This document shows, piece by piece, positions 57,282 through 64,000 of a stretch of 64,000 bases of DNA. This DNA is from Planctomycetota bacterium (GTDB lineage: Bacteria > Planctomycetota > UBA11346): the NCBI GenBank assembly GCA_038231435.1, contig JBBRLJ010000003.1:96001-160000 (forward strand). The letters run 5' to 3'. The stretch's first letter is position 1; every line of letters starts with the position of its first letter. The notes under the pieces are model-generated. The model had not been told where the DNA came from. It was given only the letters and a program-made list of their open reading frames with translations, and did not search any database. Position numbers and translations under genes: made by a program.

Positions 57282-57644
57282 ATGGACAGCACCCATCTCA
57301 TGCAGATCTATCTCCAGATGTCGACCGCGACCGGCATCCTGAATTGCGTGTGCGGGCTGACCGCGGCGATCGTGCTGCATCGGCTCCTGCATACCACCAC
57401 CACGCTCATGCTCGTGGTGGGCGCCACCATCATGGCCTTGTCAGCAGCATACCACGCCTGTTCGTGGGCGTTTCCAGGTTCACATATCGCGTACAGCGCC
57501 TCTGTCTTCATCACACTCCTGGGCAGCCTGACGTTTTGCGTGTCGCTCGCCTCGACCGCACTGCACATCTCACGCCGCGGCTTGGCTCCGGCGCCGCGCG
57601 ACCTCACCGATACCGACGCTGCCGCCGGATCCGAAGATGCCTAA
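57282..57644 (+). CDS. Small 3-TM membrane protein
   Basis: Starts MDSTHLMQIYL; three hydrophobic helices. Confidence 0.55.
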   Translation: MDSTHLMQIYLQMSTATGILNCVCGLTAAIVLHRLLHTTTTLMLVVGATIMALSAAYHACSWAFPGSHIAYSASVFITLLGSLTFCVSLASTALHISRRGLAPAPRDLTDTDAAAGSEDA

Positions 57645-58368
57645 GCACCATCGGCGCGCGCATGACGATGGAGACGGCGCCGCGAACGATGCGGCGGCGC
57701 CGGATCGGACGAGCGACGATGGTCATGGCCATCCGCCGCAGCGTCCGCATCGCGCTCCCATGCGGACGGCCGAACGGGTCGGGGCGATGCGCCCCAAGCC
57801 GGATCCCCGCGACGAGGAGACCTGGCTCAGCTACATCGGGCTGGTCGGAATGAACACCGCGCTCATCCTGGCCGCTTTTTCCTGGGCGATCCTGGGGCTC
57901 TGCGCGACGCCATTCGCCATGCTGCCTCGCGATCAACTGGTTCGGGTCAACGACATGGGTATCGACGGCTACGTGACCCACTCTGTCGACAACCTCTGCC
58001 AGAACATCAACTACGGCGTGGTCATCGTGTTCAGTCTGGGAGTCATCAGCCTGATCGCGCACGTGGTCCGCACTCGCAATGATGTCAAGGAACAGCGCGT
58101 GCCCTATCAGCCGTGGGATCAGAACGGGCGGCGACCGTCTGTGACCCAGGTGCCACCCATCGCGACTGAGCCAGTGCACAGCCCGGAGCCGCCCGATACC
58201 CACGCCAAGGGTGAGGACGTCGTCCGCGGCCATGCCCATGGCCATCGACACGGACATGCGCTCGGCCGGCATGGGAATGGAGATGGGCGCGGACATGGCG
58301 GGGGCCATTCCGAGCGTCGAGGCGCCCCCTCGCCTCAACCCGAGGATCCCACGACTCGGAGCGGGTAG
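57637..58368 (+). CDS. 2-TM membrane protein with His-rich termini
   Basis: Central TM pair with good codon bias; the reading frame of the tail is uncertain. Confidence 0.55.
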   Translation: MPKHHRRAHDDGDGAANDAAAPDRTSDDGHGHPPQRPHRAPMRTAERVGAMRPKPDPRDEETWLSYIGLVGMNTALILAAFSWAILGLCATPFAMLPRDQLVRVNDMGIDGYVTHSVDNLCQNINYGVVIVFSLGVISLIAHVVRTRNDVKEQRVPYQPWDQNGRRPSVTQVPPIATEPVHSPEPPDTHAKGEDVVRGHAHGHRHGHALGRHGNGDGRGHGGGHSERRGAPSPQPEDPTTRSG

Positions 58369-59297
58369 CTGACCGCCGCATCTCCGGCCAGGCGTCCACC
58401 CCGGCCCAGGCACGCCGTCGCGCCACCGAGGGCCGCGATCTCGACCGTCGGTCCCGAGAGCAGCAGCTCCACCTCCCAATCCAAGGCGCCGGGATTGAAG
58501 CGCGCGACGATCCTCGCCAGCTCGGCGTGCGCGGATCCGCCAGGCATGAAATCGCACAAGCGCTCCACCGGGACGCCCGCGATGGAGATGCGGAAGCCGG
58601 TGGCGCGGGTGGAAACCGTATCGCCGACGACGCAATCGATGCCCAGGCGATGATTGCGTTGCGCGAGGCGGACCAGCCGCTCGGCGCTCAGGCGCGTGCG
58701 CGCATGGACGCATTGGAGGAGGTCGATGGCCAAGGGCGCGAAGCGATGCCTGAGCAGGCGGAGGAGGTCGTCAGCGGATCTCCGCTCACCGGCCAGCAGC
58801 GCGGCGTAGCGCGCGAGCTCGGGATGCCCGTCTATGCCGAGCATGGCGGCGGTGGCTTGCGCGCGCCTCGCGCAGTGCCGTGGCGCATGGTGTCGTTCCG
58901 ACAGGCGGTACAGCAATGACAGGACGCGATGGTTGATCAGATCGACGAACGCGCGCGAGAGACCGTCGGGATCCTCGCGCATCAGGCGTTCGGTGATGAA
59001 GGTCGGCAATGGCGAGGACGGGCCGTACAGCGCAGGCAGATTCACGCTGATCCGCCAGCGCTGCCCGTCGCCGTTGGGAATGCGCTCGACCTGCTCCACT
59101 TCGCCCGATGGGAAGGCCAGACTCAATGCGGCGCGGAATCGGACCGCTTCCGCAGCGACCGGGCCGAGACCACCGATCGGCGCCGCCTCGGGTGATGCCG
59201 ACTGGACGATCCGCGCCATCTGCACGAAGCCTACGTGCGGCGGGCCGCTCGCGGTTCCTGCCTCCGACTCCGCAAGCGCGTCGGCAGCCGAGGTCAT
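58335..59297 (-). CDS. tssG: T6SS baseplate subunit TssG
   Basis: VRFRAALSLAFPSGEV, LYGPSSPLP, FVDLINHR, FMPGG, LDWEVELLL; ATGA overlap with tssF. Confidence 0.88.
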   Translation of the reverse strand: MTSAADALAESEAGTASGPPHVGFVQMARIVQSASPEAAPIGGLGPVAAEAVRFRAALSLAFPSGEVEQVERIPNGDGQRWRISVNLPALYGPSSPLPTFITERLMREDPDGLSRAFVDLINHRVLSLLYRLSERHHAPRHCARRAQATAAMLGIDGHPELARYAALLAGERRSADDLLRLLRHRFAPLAIDLLQCVHARTRLSAERLVRLAQRNHRLGIDCVVGDTVSTRATGFRISIAGVPVERLCDFMPGGSAHAELARIVARFNPGALDWEVELLLSGPTVEIAALGGATACLGRGGRLAGDAAVSYPLRVVGSSG

Positions 59298-61015
59298 GGC
59301 AGGACGATACCGCCTAGACGGGCTGGAAACTCCAGGAGGCCTCGTCCATGAGTTCCCGTCACTCGCAGTCGTGAGAACGAATTCAACCCCGATCCACGAC
59401 AGACCGCACGATCCATCACCGCTGCGAATGCGTAGAGATCGCCAGGGGAATCGAAGCGGTCCTCGCGGATCTCCAGATCGATCGACACGCCACGAATGGG
59501 GACGCCATCGAGAATCCGCGTCGCAGGGTCGCGCGTGAGCGACACGATGCCGTCGCGCAGGCGACGATGACGTAGGCGCTCGAGGGGATCCGATTCACTA
59601 CGCACATCGAGGAGGTCGAGCAGCCGCTTCAGCCCATCCGCGTCGCCGAGTGGATCCCGGGACAGAGAAAGATGCGCCAGCAGCCGCCAATGCTCGTCTC
59701 GATCGTCGGGAGGCGGACACGGCGGACGCAAGCGGCCCAGATTACGGAAGGACACCCCAGCGGGCGTCCCAGGGGCCGGTTGCCGGATGTCACCGATGCC
59801 CAGGCGTTCTGGAAGCCGGCGGTTGGTGCAGATCAGCTCCAGGCTGATGGTTTCGACATCGGCCTCGCCGGGATGGGTGAAGCACAAGGTCACATCGGTG
59901 CCATCGCCGCCGATGCTTCGCGACCTGCGCTCCTGGTATGTTCCCGGGTGCTCCATCGGCCCAGGAGACCGGCATGCAAGGTAGCGCTGAGGCTTGGACC
60001 CCGAACGGGCAGCGCCAACCACCGAGCGGAGCGCGTAGATTTCCGCATGCGCTGGATCTCTGCCCGCCGCGCGCACGCGATGGTCGGCATGGCGAGGATC
60101 GAGCCTGATAGGATCGCCCTCGGCGTGGAACAGGTTCACGACCGGTGTGCAGCCGAGGGCGATGTCGCTCGCGCTCACCACGGGCAGAGGGTCTGGCACG
60201 CCATCCAATGCGAAGGACAGGGTGAAGCCGCTCGCCTTCTCCAGAGCGGTCACGGCATCCAGGCCGACAATGTCGACGAACAGGAACTTGTCGGGGAACA
60301 CGAAATGTTCGTGGATGAGCCGCATGCTGGCGGGAACGAGTTCCTGTTCAGGCAGGAGCGCGTCATCATCGTCGAATCCCACCGCCTGGATCGCGGCCGG
60401 AGGGAGGCGGGTCGCGCGGATACCGTCGACCCCCACTGCCGCCGCTTCGACCGTGCGGCTCCGGCATAGGCACTCGAGCAGCTGTCTGGCGACCGCGGAG
60501 TCCCCCGAGAGATGCAACCTCAAGCGGTTTCCGGCGCAGATTCCCGCCGAGACCCCCTCGGGTGCGTCGAAACGGATGCGCAGCATCGCTGCTCCGCTCC
60601 ACGCGACCTCTGTCACCCGCAGCGGCGAGACGCGCGCCTCGTAGGCTGTGGTGAATCGGCAGCGGGTGCCGTCGACGGGAACGGAATCCACCATCGTCCC
60701 GCGAGGAACGGTGGTGGTCCCGCGTGCATGGGCCGATGGCGCGAACTGGACGATCGCCATCGCCGGGGTTGGCCGCAGGTAGTGTGGCCAGACTCCGTCG
60801 ATCAAGGCGTCGGCCAGATCGGGTAGTTCATCATCGAGCTTCTGACGCAAGCGCCCGGTCAGGAAGGCCACGCCCTCGAGCAGCCGTTCCACGTCAGGAT
60901 CAGCGCTCTCCGCCGCGAGGTACCTCGCGGCGTCGGGGTGCGCCGCCGCGAATTCGCGCCCGAGGTCCCGGAGGTATCCCAATTCGGATCGGTAGTAGTC
61001 AGCCGCGCCAGCCAT
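59294..61015 (-). CDS. tssF: T6SS baseplate subunit TssF
   Basis: YYRSELGYLR, DPDVERLLEGVAFLTGRL, WPHYLRPTP, FPDKFLF, CTPVVNLF, CTNRRLP, LNSF. Confidence 0.93.
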   Translation of the reverse strand: MAGAADYYRSELGYLRDLGREFAAAHPDAARYLAAESADPDVERLLEGVAFLTGRLRQKLDDELPDLADALIDGVWPHYLRPTPAMAIVQFAPSAHARGTTTVPRGTMVDSVPVDGTRCRFTTAYEARVSPLRVTEVAWSGAAMLRIRFDAPEGVSAGICAGNRLRLHLSGDSAVARQLLECLCRSRTVEAAAVGVDGIRATRLPPAAIQAVGFDDDDALLPEQELVPASMRLIHEHFVFPDKFLFVDIVGLDAVTALEKASGFTLSFALDGVPDPLPVVSASDIALGCTPVVNLFHAEGDPIRLDPRHADHRVRAAGRDPAHAEIYALRSVVGAARSGSKPQRYLACRSPGPMEHPGTYQERRSRSIGGDGTDVTLCFTHPGEADVETISLELICTNRRLPERLGIGDIRQPAPGTPAGVSFRNLGRLRPPCPPPDDRDEHWRLLAHLSLSRDPLGDADGLKRLLDLLDVRSESDPLERLRHRRLRDGIVSLTRDPATRILDGVPIRGVSIDLEIREDRFDSPGDLYAFAAVMDRAVCRGSGLNSFSRLRVTGTHGRGLLEFPARLGGIVLP

Positions 61016-61017
61016 GA

Positions 61018-61434
61018 TCACTCCCGCAGCGTCACGCGTCCGGCGACATCGACGAGCGTACTGAAGGCGATGGCCTCCGACTCTGCAGCGACCAGCCTCG
61101 CTGAGACCTGGAAGTGCAGGTGGAAACCTTCGTGCGGACGTCTCACATAAACGACATCCACGTCCTTCAATCGCGGCTCGTACCTGGTGATGACCTCGCG
61201 CAGCGAGCGCTGCAGCCGATCGGTCATCGAGTGATGGGCGTCCATGGCGTCGCATGGCGCCAGCGTACCCAGATCCATCTGTGCCGCGGCGGTGCCCTGG
61301 CGCGTATTGAGCACGTCGCCCAGGTTCCTCAAGATGGATCGCAGGCCCTCGGCCCGCCCGCCCGCGGAGACACCTCCCGCTGGCCTGGGCTCCGACATGC
61401 GCGTCAACAGGCTGGCTTTGCCGATCTCTGCCAT
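61018..61434 (-). CDS. tssE: T6SS baseplate subunit TssE (gp25-like)
   Basis: SLLTRM, SILRNLGDVLNTRQG, ITRYEPRL. An alternative start at 61485 overlaps the tssC stop. Confidence 0.88.
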   Translation of the reverse strand: MAEIGKASLLTRMSEPRPAGGVSAGGRAEGLRSILRNLGDVLNTRQGTAAAQMDLGTLAPCDAMDAHHSMTDRLQRSLREVITRYEPRLKDVDVVYVRRPHEGFHLHFQVSARLVAAESEAIAFSTLVDVAGRVTLRE

Positions 61435-61481
61435 GTTCGTGAATATCCTGCGCGAGGATCCGACCGACTGGACGGTGGCGT

Positions 61482-62972
61482 TCATTTCCCGTCCTTGTCC
61501 AGCTTGCCGACCAGCGACAGGGTGAATGCCGCGCCCATGTACTTGAAATGCGGCCGAACGCTGAGGTTCACTCGGTACCATCCGGCATCGCCAGGCACAT
61601 CCTCGACCGTCACCGATGCTGCGCGCAGTGGACGCACGTTCCGCACCGACGGCTGCGGATTGTCCATGTCGGCCACGTATTGTCCAAGCCAGGTGTTCAA
61701 CTCGCGCTGCAGATCCGAGCGTTCCTTCCACGAGCCGATCTGCTCGCGTTGCAGGACTTTGATGTAATGGGCGAGCCGGTTCACCACGAACAGGTACGGA
61801 AGCTGGGTGCCCAGGCGATGGTTCATCTCGGCCTGCTTCCCTTCCGGTGAATTGCCGAAAAATTTCGGCTTCTGGCAGGAATTTGCCGAGAAGAAACAGG
61901 CATCGTCAGAGCCCTTACGCATCGCCAGGGCGATGAACCCCTCTTCCGAGAGTTCGAATTCCCGTCGCTCCGAGATCAGCACCTCGGTGGGGATCTTGGT
62001 CTCCAACGCGCCCATGGACTGGAAGTGGTGGAGCGGCAGTCCGCTCACCGATCCTCCGCTCTGCGGGCCGATGATGTTCGGGCACCAGCGAAACTTGGCG
62101 AAGCTCTCGGTGAGCCGGGTCGCGAACGCGAAGGCCGCATTGCCCCACAGGTAGGCCTCGTGCCGGCCCTCGACGTTCTCCTGGTAAGAGAAGGACTTCA
62201 CCGGAATCGTGTCGGGTCCGTACGGGAGCCTGAGGAGGAAGCGAGGCAGGGTCAATCCGATCGACCTGGCATCATCGGTTTCGCGGAACGACCTCCATCG
62301 CGTGCACTGCGGACCCTCGAGGATCGATTTCAGATCGTTGAGATTCGGTAGACGCTGGAAATCCTCGATCCCGAAAAAGCCTGGCCCCGCCGCGGCGATG
62401 AACGGCGCGTGCGCCATTGAAGCCACGCTGGCGATCTTGCCAAGCAGGGAGACATCCTGATGGCCTGGGCCGAATTCATAATCGGCGATCATCGCCGCGT
62501 ACGGCTCGCCGCCGAACTGGCCGAACTCGCCGGAATAGACCAGCTTATAGAGGCCGGACTGGACCACCTCGGGCGCATCGTCGAAATCCGCACGCAGGGC
62601 CTCCTTCGAGACGTCCAGCAGATGGATCACGGTATTTTCCCGGGCGTCGGCCCGATCCACGACCAAGCGCAAGGCGCGCCAGGCTGATTCGATGCGCTGG
62701 AAGGAGCGGTGGTGCAGGATCTCGTCGATCTGCGATGAGACCTTGCGGTCGATCTCGGCGATCATGGCGTCGACGACGTGCTTGTCGGCGCGCGGAGCCG
62801 CTTCCCCATCAGCGAGCAGAGCACCGACGAACGCACCCACGCCATGCTTGACGACCGCATAGGCTTCGTCGGCCTGCGAGATCCGCGTATGCGACATGAT
62901 GTGATCGAGGATGGAGACGTGAGGTGCTGGTTCCGACTGAGATTCAGCATGGATGGTGGTGGTCGAGCTCAT
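61482..62972 (-). CDS. tssC: T6SS contractile sheath large subunit TssC (VipB)
   Basis: IAEIDRKVSSQIDEILHH, EFGQFGGEP, AHAPF, LWGN, FFSANS, RLAHYIK, VRPHFKYMGAAFTLSLVGKL. Confidence 0.96.
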   Translation of the reverse strand: MSSTTTIHAESQSEPAPHVSILDHIMSHTRISQADEAYAVVKHGVGAFVGALLADGEAAPRADKHVVDAMIAEIDRKVSSQIDEILHHRSFQRIESAWRALRLVVDRADARENTVIHLLDVSKEALRADFDDAPEVVQSGLYKLVYSGEFGQFGGEPYAAMIADYEFGPGHQDVSLLGKIASVASMAHAPFIAAAGPGFFGIEDFQRLPNLNDLKSILEGPQCTRWRSFRETDDARSIGLTLPRFLLRLPYGPDTIPVKSFSYQENVEGRHEAYLWGNAAFAFATRLTESFAKFRWCPNIIGPQSGGSVSGLPLHHFQSMGALETKIPTEVLISERREFELSEEGFIALAMRKGSDDACFFSANSCQKPKFFGNSPEGKQAEMNHRLGTQLPYLFVVNRLAHYIKVLQREQIGSWKERSDLQRELNTWLGQYVADMDNPQPSVRNVRPLRAASVTVEDVPGDAGWYRVNLSVRPHFKYMGAAFTLSLVGKLDKDGK

Positions 62973-62998
62973 GGGTTTTCCTGGTTGAGGTAAGTGTT

Positions 62999-63490
62999 TC
63001 AGGCGTCGATGCCGCGGATTTCGCCAAGCAGGGCGGTGCGCGACGAGCCGTCGGCGACGAGCTCGAGGATCTTCTTCTTGAAAGCGGGAACATTTCCCAA
63101 TGGGCCTTTGAGCGCGCACAAGGCTTGCCGCAGTACCAGCAGCTGCGCGACTGCGGGGACATGTCGTGCGATCGCTTCGGGTTCGAAATCCTTGAGGGTC
63201 GCCACATCGATGGTGACGGCCAACTCCTTGTCGGCGGCTGCGGACAGCCGGTCGCGAACGCGCAGGTCGATCGAGACGCCGAGGCTCGCCAGGACATCGT
63301 CGAAGGAATCCTTCGCGATCGGCACCGGTGTCCGCTCCTCGAGCGCACGATCCGAATTCCGACCAGTGAAATCACCTAGGACCAGGAGCTTCAGCGGCAG
63401 CTCCTTCTCTTGGCGGGCGTCGCCGATGGCCGCCTGATAGGCGATGTTCACGCGCTCTTTGGGTGCGACCGAGGCATGGGGAGTAGGCAA
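62999..63490 (-). CDS. tssB: T6SS contractile sheath small subunit TssB (VipA)
   Basis: SVAPKERVNI, ELPLKLLVLGDFTG, DFEPEAIARHVP, LKGPLGNVPAF; TTG start preceded by AAGGAG. Confidence 0.95.
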   Translation of the reverse strand: MPTPHASVAPKERVNIAYQAAIGDARQEKELPLKLLVLGDFTGRNSDRALEERTPVPIAKDSFDDVLASLGVSIDLRVRDRLSAAADKELAVTIDVATLKDFEPEAIARHVPAVAQLLVLRQALCALKGPLGNVPAFKKKILELVADGSSRTALLGEIRGIDA

Positions 63491-63682
63491 GGGAATGCTC
63501 CTTATAGTGGTTCTTATGTTCCATATGGTGCGCGATCGAGATTCTTCTGCATCGTTATTTTGATTCTATCGTTTCATTCGATGTGACACACTGGTTCAAG
63601 TGATGCAAATGCTCGGGGCCGAGACGGTCCTGAGATTGACCCCGGGCCGCATGCCGAATACTGCCGCCCGCGCGGAGCCCCT

Positions 63683-64000
63683 ATGTCGGATCAGTCACCA
63701 GCGAACGAGCCGGGTCTCGCCACCGCGTCGGATCCGGGCCAGGTTCCACCCGGCGGTCAGCCGAGCGGCTTGCCGGAATGGTGGTTGACCCCACCCGAGA
63801 ACGCCATCTGGGGCGACTTCCAACTCGCCGAGATGATCGGGCAAGGCGGCATGGGCGCGGTGTTCAGGGGCCATCAGCTCAGCCTGAATCGTCCGGTGGC
63901 GATCAAGGTGCTGACGCCGTATCTCAGCAACAGCGAGAGCTTCCGCCTGCGCTTCCTGCGCGAGGCGCAGACGGTCGCGCAGATCTCATCTCCGCACGTC
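63683..64000 (+). CDS. Ser/Thr kinase, N-terminal part (runs off the right edge)
   Basis: Not in the ORF track. Manual translation: MSDQSPANEPG...WGDFQLAEMIGQGGMGAVFRGHQLSLNRPVAIKVL...FRLRFLREAQTVAQISSPHV. Confidence 0.9.
   Translation, partial: MSDQSPANEPGLATASDPGQVPPGGQPSGLPEWWLTPPENAIWGDFQLAEMIGQGGMGAVFRGHQLSLNRPVAIKVLTPYLSNSESFRLRFLREAQTVAQISSPHV

Noticed and set aside
61435..61485. Absence of hcp between tssC and tssE as a sign of decay
   Set aside because: Vibrio-type (i1) clusters normally have tssB-C-E-F-G with hcp elsewhere.

Overview
High-GC bacterial window, most likely a Planctomycetota/PVC organism (inference from DWG-type Ser/Thr kinases, ECF/FecR pairs and many orphan exported proteins). 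1-17 kb is mostly housekeeping and envelope genes: a truncated TamB/AsmA-like gene, a clan GH-A glycosidase with six IPT/TIG repeats, transketolase, a PHP hydrolase, a zinc-ribbon kinase, RNase III, an ECF/anti-sigma operon, a PilZ protein, LpoB plus a COG3014-like lipoprotein, and tRNA-His. 17-50 kb is a glycan-utilisation region (GH116, sugar ABC transporter, GntR/LacI regulator, an unassigned exported enzyme, a mutarotase, GH78, GH2). It contains a near-symmetrical signalling module: two paralogous esterase-Ig-PA14 surface proteins flank a divergent ECF/FecR pair and two tandem paralogous HQD/DWG receptor kinases. 50-58 kb holds AraC, a PhyH dioxygenase, a nucleotidase with a small 3-TM partner and orphan genes. 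58-64 kb carries a Vibrio-type T6SS operon (tssB-C-E-F-G) and a divergent truncated kinase. The most notable observations are (i) a ~120-bp multi-hairpin intergenic element in three copies, with conserved architecture but compensatory sequence changes and GNA triloops, (ii) a shared C-terminal CGxG-TM-Arg tail on three surface enzymes, and (iii) the ECF/FecR/twin-kinase module. All calls come from reading motifs by eye; no database searches were run.
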